Part shown: one piece after another, positions 22,130-33,744 of the stretch
Layout of the letters: every line of letters starts with the position of its first letter
Numbering within the stretch: position 1 is the first letter of the stretch
From: Camelus ferus
Lineage: Eukaryota
NCBI RefSeq assembly: GCF_009834535.1
Contig: NC_045701.1
Coordinates: 30,442,001 to 30,506,000 of the forward strand
DNA length: 64,000 bases
Reading direction: 5' to 3'
The notes under the pieces: model-generated
Database searches by the model: none
Seen by the model: only the letters and a program-made list of their open reading frames with translations
What the model was told of the DNA's origin: nothing
Program-made: the position numbers and the translations under genes

Positions 22130-22990
22130 AACTCCTTGCCTGCCTATGACGCGTTTTTGGAGGCTCCAGAAAAGGGCCCGCCCCCACCTCGTCCCGCCCT
22201 CGCGATTTCTGGACGCGCAGACAAACCCAAACGCATCGTTGAGACCACCTCGCTTCCGGCTGGTTACGGCGGAACTGAGGTGCATGAAGTGCTCTCCAGG
22301 GTGATTTACATATCGATCGTTTATTGGCTACTAGCAAGCACTCGCTCTCCTCATTGGCTGATTCTGCTCCGCGCCGACGTTCCGGGAAGGATGTTCGCCG
22401 CGGCGATTGAGACTGAGGGTCACCGGTGCCTGCATTTCCGTTTCCGGCTCACCTCTGGCGCCATGGCGACGGCGAGAGGATTGGGATGTCTGCTGACATT
22501 AGGCAGATGGCGCCGCGGCCTTGGAGTAGCTCCCCAGTCCCGAGTGAGTGCTTACTTTCCCTGCTCTCATAGAAGTTGTGGATCTTGACGACAGCTCCGC
22601 TGCGAAGAGGAGCGCTCTCGGCAGCTCCTCCCTTAGCCAGCGCCCGCAACCATCTTTTCTGCCCGCTAATCAGCTTTTCTTTCTCGGCCTGCAGGCGTTC
22701 GTTGCTGTCGTGCCCGGCGTATCCCAGGTGGACAACAAATCCGATTTCCTGAAGAAAAGGTGCCATCGCCGACACCCCGGCATCCTGCAGCTGTCATGCG
22801 TGCGGCTGCCGCAAGCGTTGGCTGACGCCGCGCAGTTACTGTTGCTGGGTGAGTAACGGTGGGAAATGGAAGCTCGAGAGGAAGCGGAGACGAGGCCTGC
22901 GTACAAGTGATTCTACTTTTCATCTTTGGTCCATAGAGAGCTCGATGCCCATTACGGAGAAGCAGGTGCAAGCACTGACCAGTTATCTCT
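22130..22990 (+). promoter_or_regulatory. CpG island / TATA-less promoter of METTL17
   Basis: High CpG density, two CCAAT boxes on the minus strand (ATTGG at ~22323 and ~22353), several ETS-type TTCCGG motifs, a GC box and a YY1-like GCCATGGCG at the start codon. Confidence 0.8.
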
Positions 22991-24473
22991 GGAGCCGGCA
23001 TTTACCTGTAGAGCCAGAGGAGTTGCAAAGACGGGCTGTATATCTTGAGAAAAAATACCTGGAAAACGCAGGTAGAACTTAAGAATAATTAGAGACTAGG
23101 CCTCATTGAAAAAGCAGCGGGAAACGAAGAGCAAGAAATAATTTCACAGTCTGTTAAGTAGGTACTGCAGTTTCCTGTTTGCCTTTCTGGCCAGAGCAGT
23201 TATTACAATGATGCCTTCTAGGAGAAGATAGATTATTTCAGAGACTTGCCCTTAGGGTTTGAGTAAAGGTCGGTGAGTGCTTCAGTACCCTGTGAAAATT
23301 TAAATCTTTGGGTTTTTTCCTCCAAGTCCACTGGATTAAGACCGTTTAAAGTTTTTGTTCAAGTGAAATAGAGTCCTTGTCCAGTACTAAAACCCTCTAC
23401 AGGGAGAGGACAATAAGTATAATTTGTCAAGTTACTTTCATGGTTATGAGTTTCTTCATATTAAAGATATGCCTTTATTCATCTTCCCTGCATTTCCCGT
23501 AGTACCTGGTTCATAAGAGGTGCTCGGTAGATGAAATAGTACTGAGTTGAACACAGTCATGAGACTTGAGGCTTTTCAAGCCGTTTTTCTCTCTATAGGA
23601 ACATGGGATACGACACATTGTTAAGTGTTGGGGAAGTGAAGAAATCCACAAAATACTGTCTTTATCCTATCATTTTAATCTTTTTTATACTTCCCTTTGA
23701 TATAGAACAAAACCTGTGGGATAGGGTTGGTTGAGTTGAATAAACTGCTGTTGGAGGCAAAATACTGATACACTTTGGTGGTGGTGGTGGTGGTGGTAGT
23801 CGTAATTCTTGCCTAAAAATTTTCTCTAGATTTTGCTTCTCTCTCAAGCTTTGAGGCTTTTCCCAGGTGGGAGTTGGGAGGGAATGGGCGGGCAGTATAT
23901 TCAGATACTGGATCTAAGCCCTGTTCTTCCTAGGTCCTTACTTCCAGTCCTTGTTCTCGCCCCAGACTCATCTAAGATGGAGGAGAAACTTCACGAAGCA
24001 GTACTGCGTGCTTTGCGCAAAACCACCTATCATTGGCAAGAACTGAGGTAAGGGGGACTGGAATGGCTGACGCAGAAAGAAGAGTTTGACTTTAGAAGGG
24101 GAGTTGGGGAAGTGCAATTACACAACTTAGTGTTTGAGAAAGCGACCTGATTTGTAAGGCTTCCTAGGACTCTTCTGTGTTGAGGAGTGAGAGTGTTGAA
24201 GAGATCTTTCCAAAGATTTCATTTCCTAAAACTCTAGAGGGTAGCTATGGGGTAGAGGTTGTTTCCCAGTGACATGACTCTGATTTTTCTGGCAGCTACA
24301 ATGAGGGACTGAGCCTGCTGTATATGGCAGCAAGACTGGATGGTGGCTTTGCAGCAGTCTCCAGGGCATTCCATGAGGTGAAATTTCCTCAGCTTCCAGC
24401 CTGAACCCTTTTACCATCAGTTCTCTTTTTCATAAAGTAATCTTCTGGGGTAGGGTTCTTGGGGCGTTGTGTG

Positions 24474-24510
<37 letters not shown>

Positions 24511-27500
24511 AAAGAGGCCCTATTTATCCTCTGAAGGGATTTTGTGACCCAGGAAGGGTTTAGAATAGCTGTTTTAAGAGCTTCCTATTCTATAAAGCAC
24601 TTACATTGAATCTTAAAAGACGTCTATATCTCATCTGCTTTGTCGTGGTCCCCTAAGTCATATTTACCAAGACCCTAAATAAGTGTCTACTTACCCCACT
24701 GTGTGGTGTTGTCTATTTCTTCAGATCCAAGCTCGACTTCCAGAGTTCCAGCCAAAAACCTTGATGGACTTTGGCTCAGGTACTGGTTCTGTCACCTGGT
24801 GAGTATCTTTCTCCATCTCTGTCACCTAGCTCTAGAAAGCCATGTTACACCACTCCAATATCAAGAGAATGGAGAACCAGAGGGAGAATGGGAAAGTTAG
24901 GAACTGGAATAGTTCTTCCCTCAGATTAGACAAGGTGCAAGAAGGTATATGGATTAGGACGAGAGCTTAAAGAAGTGTCAAGTGAAAAAAAGATGTTTAA
25001 AAGGATAAAAAAAGGAAAGGCATTTGGTCTAGGGCATGTGTTTTACATATCATCAAAAAATTTTTTGTGTACAAATAGTTTTTTGAGTCTCTTTTTTTTA
25101 AGGAGTTGTAAATGAAATAAGAATATAACATGGTTAATTTTTCTAGCTATCTTAACAGCACTCTTTCTCCAAGGGTTGGTTGGGGACAGAGGGGATCTCT
25201 TGTAGGAATGACTATCATGAAAACTGGTGTGTTGTGTTTTGTTTTGTTTTGTTTTGTTTTGCTTTTTGCCATCTTAGGGCTGCTCACAGTACTTGGGGCC
25301 AGAGCCTACGTGAATATATGTGCGTGGACAGCTCAGCTGCCATGTTGGAATTGGCAGAAAAGCTACTGAAAGGTGAGGACAAAGTATAAGGAAGGGCTTT
25401 TCCAAAGTTGAAGGAGTTAAAAAAGCAAAGGAGTACTAGAAAGGGTCTTGTATCGGGGAGTAGAGGAGAGGGCTGCAAGTGAAAGGTGAGTCTGACCTTT
25501 CAGTGCTGTGGTCAGGCAGCAGGTGCTGACAGCCGTGGTTGGACTGTGAATGGGCTGGGTAGAGATTAACAGGACAGACGACCCAGTATTCTCCCTGCCC
25601 TTTTTAATAGTTGCCTACCCTATTGCATCTCACCCTCAGCTGGTGTTTCTCTTTATTCTCAGGGCCATGTTTCTTATTGGGATGTCACTTGAGTTTATAC
25701 CTATACACTCTCAAAGTTGCCACATCTCTGCTTTCCTCCACAGGTGGTTCAGAATCTGGGGTGCCTTCTGTTCCAGGTGTCTTCTTCAGACAGTTTCTAC
25801 CTGTATCACCAAAGGCAAGTGGCAGTGTTTAAAGTATGGTAACTGTGGAGTATGCAGATGGAGAACTGTAGTCTCGGCTTTGCAACCTAGTGTTGAGTTT
25901 ATAACCTAGTGTTGAGTGTTAGAAAATTTTAAAAAGCAGAAGAGATTTAGTGGGATAGACCTTTGTTGTACTCTTAGAAGAGGGCGATAATCAGGTCTGT
26001 CGTGTTCCTTGTCTTGTACACCAGGTGCAATTTGATGTGGTGGTGTCAGCCTTTTCTCTAAGTGAACTGCCCAGCAAGGCCGACCGCGCTGATGTAGTCC
26101 AAACCTTGTGGCGCAAGACAGGTCATTTCCTGGTGGGCAGAAACTTTTTTTCCTTTTTTTCCTTTTAAGATTTAAAGCAGCTTCACGGATTTTATGCCTT
26201 TCCTTCTCCCCATGGGAGCTTGTCTTCATTCTTGACCATTCTCCTTTGTCCCTCTTTTAGGGTCTCTGTCCCCATTTTATATATAATGCCCATTTCTCTT
26301 AGGACCCCTACTCCATCTGGGGATGTTCTTACAGAGCTACTGACATTTATGTTTTCATGTAATTCAGGGCTTCCTCTTATTTTTCCCTTTTGTAATCAGA
26401 TATTGGTGGAGAATGGAACGAAAGCTGGGCACTCCCTTCTCATGGACGCCAGGGACCTGGTCCTTAATGTAAGGTTCTTTCTCCTCCTTTCTCCCTACTC
26501 CTCACCCCCCACCTATTCTCACCAGTTGTTGGTACTCCCTTGAAAATTGAAGAGACTCTGTCGTACAATGGTAAGGGTGACTGTCAAGATGTTAGGCATA
26601 TAAAGTCGTCATGATACAGAGTAGTGGTTGGCAAAGCTGGGCCCGTGGATCAAATCCAGGCTGCCGCCTGTTTTTGTACAAGCCATGCTTATTTGTGTGT
26701 CTGTGGCTGTTTTCACACTACAAACAGCAGATGAATAGTTGGGGTAAAAACAGATTTTGCCTACTCTGTGGGCCTTTAAATTTTTTTTTGCTGACCCCTG
26801 ATTGCTGAGCCAAGAACCTTATCTCTTTGGGACAGTATGAGCCAGTGTATAATCATACATTGAATTGTCCTAGAGTAGGATTTTTTTGAGAGTGGAGGTT
26901 GCTGACAGGGGAGAGCACCATACTGTGTGCCAAGTTTCTGCTTTTCTCCTGCTGCATAGAGAAAGTTCTTTGTTTGGAGTATTAGAGAAGTAGCCAGCTT
27001 AACTCAAAGAACATGGTTAATAATTACGAGAATTGAATGTTAAAGAAGTCCTCGATTTACTGAGTGCAGAGATTGAGTTATGAGAATAAATCCCTTTTTT
27101 GTTTCTTTGATTTCAGGGAAAAGAGAAGTCACCTTTGGACCCTCGACCTGGTTTTGTCTTTGCCCCGGTGAGTATTACTTCTTCCTTTCCCAGCATGCAA
27201 AGATCTGAACTCAGCTGTGGCCAGGAAAAGTAAGAGGGTAAAGCTGAGCCACCCTACACTACTTGGTGTCCCTATCCCGTTTCTTTCTTAGTGAGTCCCT
27301 GGCTTTCCCTACCGCCTTCTCCGGTGCTCCCTTATCCCTAGCCCTTCTTGACTCCATCACTCTTTGTTTTTGGTTTTATGATCTGTGGTTCTTTTGTTTC
27401 ACCTCTTTTCTTTTATTTGTGTTCACAGTGTCCCCATGAACTTCCCTGTCCCCAGATGACAGCCTCTAAGCCTCTGGCCTGTAGCTTTTCCCAGGCTTAC

Positions 27501-28117
27501 CATCCCATCCCCTTCAGCTGGGTATGTACCTTGGGAGTACTGTGGCAGGGAGAAGATAACCTGGGAGAGCGCAGTGAAAAAGAATCAAAAGTGGGAGGAG
27601 TTGGGAGATTCAGAGAATTGCTTGGAGATTTTAGGGCCTGAATATGCCTGACTTACAGACTATGAAAAGGGCTTCAGGAATGAGGTTCACAGATTTTTTT
27701 CCCTCCAAACGTACCTTTTCCCTCCAAACTGACTCCATATCCTTATCTTAGAACAAGAAGCCAAAGGAGGAGAAGTTCTCGATGGTGATCCTTGCCCGAG
27801 GGTCTCCGGAGGAGGCTACCCGCTGGCCCCGTATCACCCAGCCTGTCCTTAAGCGGCCACGCCACGTGCATTGTCACCTGTGCTGCCCAGATGGACAGAG
27901 GCAGCATGCTGTGATCACGGCCCGCCGGCATGGCAGGTGAAGAGCGTGTGACCCAAGTTAGTGGGAGGTGGCAAGGACCTGCAGTCCACACTGACCCTTT
28001 CTTTTATGCAGGGATTTGTATCGCTGTGCCCGTGTCAGCTCCTGGGGAGATCTTTTACCTGTGATCACACCGTCTGAGCCTCCTCCATCCCCTGCTCAGG
28101 ATCCCCCTGAGAGCTGA
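22463..28117 (+). CDS. METTL17: Methyltransferase-like 17 (mitochondrial small ribosomal subunit assembly factor), 461 aa, 14 coding exons
   Basis: Exons: 22463-22543, 22695-22848, 22937-23071, 23966-24047, 24296-24377, 24725-24798, 25278-25372, 25744-25814, 26025-26132, 26400-26468, 27117-27167, 27429-27521, 27752-27936, 28012-28117. They total 1386 nt and are open throughout. Motifs: LMDFGSGTG (SAM binding), [15 protein letters not shown] and HVHCHLCC. All introns are GT-AG except intron 8 (GC-AG). Confidence 0.97.
24475..24506. repeat. (TG)n microsatellite in METTL17 intron 5
   Basis: About 16 TG units. Confidence 0.97.
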
Positions 28118-28235
28118 CAAGGATGCATAACAAGTGTTTCCTTCTGTCGTGCCTGCCAAGGCTGAAGCTACCTGGCATCCAGGGTGGGAGTACTGGTACC
28201 CCCATATATCTGTGTTTGCTTGAGGTTTTAATGAT

Positions 28236-28241
28236 AATAAA
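28236..28241 (+). terminator. Polyadenylation signal of METTL17
   Basis: AATAAA ~120 nt after the stop codon. Confidence 0.7.
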
Positions 28242-29513
28242 AAGTTTTCCGAGAATAGAAATGGATCTTGTGATTCTTAAAAGGTCTAGAGGTCCGTTGT
28301 CATGGCCTATCCTATAATATAATGAAGAGAATCCTTAGCTTTTCAGTGGTTATCTTCCCACACAAATCTCTAGCTCACCCTCTCCCTTGAGGAAACTGCT
28401 GCTTCCACCAGATTCCAGGACTTCACAGGGAGTCCTGGAGGTGAGGTGGGGTAGTGGGAAAACTGCCCCCAGCTCCTTGAGAACTGGCTCAACAGGTCTC
28501 AGGGTTGTTTTGCAGGCCACCTGAATAGGGGAATCAGCAGCCGCCTGGCCTCTGGTTTTCTCTCCCTCCTGCGCTTCCAACTTTGTCAGCTCCCTCATAG
28601 TTCACCTCATACGCTTCCCTCAAGACTGGGTTCTGCTCGGGCCTGAGTCGTCCATCGCCACCCCTGAATATCCAGGCAGGAGCCTTCAGTCTACTTGGTT
28701 CATTTCTCAGTTCTCCCCTAGTACTGTTTCAGAGCTAGAGCAACTTTCTTTGCCTTAAAACTCTCGGTCCCTCTCCTGCAATATATATCAGCGAGCAGGC
28801 CTAGTCAGAAGTTGTAACAGTATTGATGTAACACTAGAAATCTCAACTCCCTGTTAGACATTTCCACGCCTGGAGCTATTTTTCTGGGGTTACAGGAAAG
28901 GGGAGTCCACTCACCTACTAGTTCCCATGGAGTGGTGGCGGGTCCACTTGGCAGCCCCACCTCCTTACCCCAGGTGGCCCCAAATCCCCTCTGAAAGGGT
29001 GCAGTTCAGGTATCAGCATCGCCACCTGTAAGACTTGGGCTGGGGTGGAGAGGGCATGGAAGGCTTAGATCAAATGTCCTGAGTGAGGCAGGACTAGTTT
29101 GTCCCCGACACAAAACGGCTGGGAAGGAGCTACCACGGACTCCCATTTTTGAATCAGACCAGCCCCAGGCCTGAGCTGACTGTCCACAGTCCTTGGATTA
29201 GTCATAGCACTGAAGAGGAGGAGAAGACAGCACCAGGCTGAGCCTGGCAGGGAGTCTGGAGTTACTGGTTTCTAAAACCATGCAGGCGTCAGCCAGGGGA
29301 GGGGCCTCCATGTAGGGGAAGGGCCGGAAGCTGGGGCAGGGCCCCAGGCAGCTGTGCAAGGCTGCGCAAGAAGAGGCAACAGAGAAGAGAACAGAAAGGA
29401 TCCCGATAGCCTTTCGAAACTCAGGAGAGTGGCCACTCCAGCTTTGACCACCTAAGACACCACTCCTGCTCCATTTGTTATTCTGAGCCCTCTGCTTACC
29501 CTGTACCCCAAGG

Positions 29514-31325
29514 ATGGAGCCACTGCTAGGAGTGAAAATTGGCTGCCTGTTCGCCATGCTGGTTCTCACTCTGATCTGTGGCCTCATTCCCATCTGCTTC
29601 AAATGGTTCCAGACTGATGCAGCCACAGGTACAGCCCTGCCCCATCTTTGTCCCCAGAACCTAAGTCTGCCTTCAGCCCTGTCACCCTGTCCTGCTGTCT
29701 TGCTCTGATTTTCTCATCATCCCCGAGCTTGGGACATTGGGTGCTGCCTGTGGCTCTTTCCTCACCTTTGTCTATCTCTGCATTGCTGACTGGATCATAA
29801 CTCCTGCTTTTTATTAGGTCGACACCACTGGATCCTCAGCCTCCTGGGCTGCACTTCTGCTGGCATTTTCCTGGGAGCGGGGTTCATGCACATGACGGCT
29901 GAAGCCTTGGAAGGAATTGAAGCAGAGATCCAGAAGTTGGTGACACAGGTGAGCACCCGAGTTGCTGAGCTGCAGGGCTGTGAAGCCAGAATGATGAACA
30001 GAACCAGAGGGGGGAAAGGGGTAAAAGCAAAGAAGCCCAAGACATGGAAGGACAACGAGGAAGATGACAGCTCTTGTGTCGTGTGGAATGATGGAAGCAG
30101 GTCAGGTTGGGCTATAAGGAAGGCAGTGAGGCTGACAGGACAGGACAGGAAGCTGAGCTGCTCTTTACCTTGTCTGATGTATGCATTTTTCTCCCTTAGA
30201 ACAGGACAAAAAGTGAGGGAAATTCTTCTGACGATGCTGATTCAACTCATGTAAGTATCTCCCACCAGCCCCTACCTGGAGAGCAGGGAGAACCAGAGAC
30301 TCCTTTCACACCTAGACCCTTTTGAGAGGAGCATGTGTGGAATTCCAGGAATCCCTTCTGCTCCTGACTTACGCATTGTGGAGGAAAAGAGGAGCCACCC
30401 AATCCTTTTGGGCTTATAAAACCCTAGAGAGAACTCTTGCTTAACTCTTCCTGTCTTTCTCTGGACCCTTGGACATGCTTCTGTCATTTCCCTGAATGTC
30501 TGGCCCTCTTGATTTTGTGTCCCTCAGTCTCTCTGGTATTCTGGTCATATGTCTATGTCTACTCTTGGCTTCATTCTCCTTTTTTAGGTTCTCTTACCAC
30601 ACTTCCCATCCTGTTCAGTCTCCCAGTCCCATGTCCATCCAGTGCAGTTCCTTCCCTTCCCTTCCCACCTTACAGCCCCTCTCTGTTCCTAGATCAAGTA
30701 TCCCTATGGAGAGCTCATCATCTCCCTGGGCTTCTTCCTTGTCTTCCTTCTGGAGTCGCTGGCATTGCAGTGCTGTCCTGGGGCTGCTGGAGGATCAACA
30801 GTGCAGGAGCAGCAGTGGGGTGGAGCTCACGGCCTTGAACTCCACAGCCATGGACCTCTACCCTCACCGTCTCGGGGTCCCCTGCGAGCCTTCATCCTCT
30901 TGCTCTCACTCTCCTTTCACTCCGTGTTTGAAGGTCTAGCTGTGGGGCTGCAGTCCACAGTGGCAACCACCGTGCAGCTCTGTCTTGCTGTCCTGGCTCA
31001 CAAGGGGCTTGTAGTGTTCAGTGTAGGACTGCGGCTGGTGCAGAGACACACTGGATCACGTTGGGCCATGCTCTCCATACTGTCCTTAGCTCTCATGTCC
31101 CCCCTGGGCCTAGCCCTAGGGCTGGCTGTGGCTGAAGGAGACTCTGAGGCGGGGCAAGGCTTGGCCCAGGCTGTGTTAGAAGGTGTGGCGGCTGGCACCT
31201 TCCTGTATGTCGCCTTCCTAGAAATTCTGCCCCAGGAGCTAGCAAGTCCTGAGGCCCCTCTGGCCAAGTGGGGCTGTGTAGCTGCTGGTTTTGCCTTCAT
31301 GGCTGTTATTGCCTTGTGGGCCTGA
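29514..31325 (+). CDS. SLC39A2: Zinc transporter ZIP2, 309 aa, 4 coding exons
   Basis: Exons 29514-29628, 29818-29948, 30200-30250 and 30693-31325 total 930 nt. ZIP signature LSLSFHSVFEGLAVG, plus AVLAHKG and GTFLYVAFLEIL. All introns GT-AG. Confidence 0.97.
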
Positions 31326-31609
31326 GAGATTCCTGATTTTTCTGATGGACCTAAGATGACCTTATCCTCAGGAGACACCAACTAAATGACCTTAGCCCTT
31401 AGACACTTCTTCACTGAGACAAAGTGTCAATCACTAGGCATCATTTCCTTAAACTGGACCCCAGCTTTTCCCTCCATGAGGTCCGATTTCTCATGCAGGA
31501 CTGAGAAAAGGATCTTTCGTTTGAGTGCCCATAAACTGGAGAATTGATATAAAGATCATCATTTTTGGTCTTTATACTTGACTCTTGGCCCATTTATGCT
31601 ACTGTGTGT

Positions 31610-31615
31610 AATAAA
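31610..31615 (+). terminator. Polyadenylation signal of SLC39A2
   Basis: AATAAA ~285 nt after the stop codon. Confidence 0.6.
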
Positions 31616-32308
31616 ATGTCCATTTTATCCTTCCCCTTTAGCCATGCTCCACTTCACTGCTAGGAGCTGCCTGGTGCAGGAGGTGGTGGAGTGGGAGGCA
31701 GAAGGGTGAGTGTGCGGTGCCATCTTCTCTTCTGGAATTGGGCTGCTAGCCATTCTATCCATTGTGGGCCATGCCCCTTAAGACATGGGAGCATGGCTGA
31801 AATTTCAACAGCTCGCTACCACCTTATGCACAGGTGTTGAGAAACTGAGCCAGAGTTCCCGGCACTGAGAGAGAGGAAGTTTTAACAAGAGAAACTATGG
31901 GAATCTAGTTGTTTTCCCCCTACGCTAACCACACCCATCCCACGCCTACTACCTGTTATCGCCTCCCATCACTGTCCAGCGGACTCTTGAGATAAGGCTA
32001 AATGGAGACAATTTCTACCTGTTTTTCACACTGAACCCTGTATGGCCTCAGGGACACTGTTGCTCTTCTCTGAGGCTCTGTCTCCTTCCAGCTGCCTTAT
32101 GCTAAGGGACTAAGAAGCAGTGTGTTTGGAGAGGGAGCAAGGCGCTGGATAAATGCCTGGGGTGATTATTCGGCTCTGCCACTGACTTACTGGCTTTCCT
32201 ACTACCTGACTCACCTGCCCCTGTGGCCCCAGCCCCTTCCTTCCAGACCATTCACCTTTCGGTTTGAGTAACTCCTACAACGTGTTGCTTCTCCTCGAAA
32301 CTGCTAAG

Positions 32309-32634
32309 GACATAAGATTGTTCACTATGTCTGCGAGTCTGTTACTGTTTTGTAGATGAGTTCTTACGGTTCCTGGGGGGAGAGGGTGGGAAGGAATAAA
32401 ATTTGGGAGTTTGAGATTTACAAATGTTAGCCACTATATATAAAAACAGGTTTTTTAAAAAATTTCTTCTGTATAGCACAGGGAACTATGTTCAATATCT
32501 TATAATAACCTTTAATGAAAAAATACGAAAATGAATATATGTGTGTATATGCATGACTGGGACATTGTGCTGTGCACCAGAAATTGACACATTGTAATTG
32601 ACTATACTTCAATTAAAAAAAAAATTTTTTTTTT
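32309..32634 (+). mobile_element. 5'-truncated L1 with a 5' inversion (twin-priming structure)
   Basis: 32362-32624 is a sense L1 3' end with an A tail. 32309-32361 is the adjacent upstream L1 segment in reverse orientation. TSD AACTGCTAAG at 32299-32308 and 32635-32644. Confidence 0.85.
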
Positions 32635-33104
32635 AACTGCTAAGAATAAGTACAGAAACTGATTCTCTGGAGTTGAGGAGCAGCAGGATGTCTGTGGCTC
32701 AGCCCCTGAGGTATGAGATGGAGGACTATTTGAGACTCAGTGGAGAAACTGGGAAGAGAAAGGGTGCCCTGTGAGCCCCACGGCTCACCAGTTTGCTCCT
32801 TCTCATGTTTTCGGTGCGGAAGCCCAAGTGGCCTTGACATGGACAAAGTCTCCTGAGTTTCATTCTTAGCTCGATCTGTCTCCTGTCCAGTCCCATTCCC
32901 CTCCCCGTAAATTGCAATACTCAAACCTCCTCACAAAACCAGCTTACACACACGGGGGTCAGTGAGAAGACAAACTTCAGGCAAAACCGAATAAAATGGT
33001 CTGACACGGGGAAGAACTTCTTTGAAGCACCATCCTACTCTGTTTTCCCTTCAGTATTAAATGTTCTCACATGAGATACACTCATCTGTCGTAATAAGAG
33101 AGTT

Positions 33105-33265
33105 TCTACATTGAGCACCTGGTGCTGTACTGTTGCTTTCACATATATTATCTCACCTTCCCGATCCTGCCAGGTAGATATTATCCCTATGATGGGTCTA
33201 GGGAGGCCTATTTAGGCAAGTTAAAGAACTTGATCACAGAGCTAGCTGGGCTCCAAACCAAGCTG
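33105..33265 (-). mobile_element. MIR SINE fragment
   Basis: TTGAGCACCT...ATATATTATCTCA...GGTAGATATTATCCC...CACAGAGCTAG pattern. Boundaries approximate. Confidence 0.5.
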
Positions 33266-33744
33266 CTTCTGAGATTCTAAGAAAAGCTCAAGATGTAGAT
33301 TGCTCCTCTCCTTCCTTACCTTCACCTCCCCATCTCATATGTGAGGGTCTTAGAAGGAAACAGAGAGCACATTGGGTAAGTGAGGCAAGTTTAGTAAAGG
33401 GAGTATGTAGAAAGGTGAGGGCAGGATTTGGACAGAGCGGCAGGGGTGGGGCAATCCTCTCGACTGAGTATAACAATGCCATTACCGAGGCTGAAGAGAG
33501 GAAGCGCTTACCAGAAACTCATCCAACACGAGCCATGGCCTCGGCAGAGGGATACAGCCAGCCTTCGGGGACTCAACCAGGAGGAAGCCAGAGGCATACC
33601 CTCACTCTCTTCTACTCTTTGACCTACTGCCAGTGTCTCTTGTTGGCCATACCCAAACAGAAGCCAAGGACAAAAATGTCTGTTGGTGCATTGCAGATAG
33701 CTCATTCTCATGAGACACAGCTCATGAACAGTCTGGAGGGTCAA

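Noticed and set aside
22031-22588. 185-aa ORF extending METTL17 upstream
   Set aside because: It starts at a non-ATG codon in promoter DNA and reads into intron 1. The real start is the strong-context ATG at 22463.
33451-33477. CAATCC...AGTATAACAAT, matching the putative RNase pseudogene promoter at 10002-10035
   Set aside because: Only an 11-mer plus a short box match. Flanks do not align, and no downstream donor or RNase exon was found on that strand.
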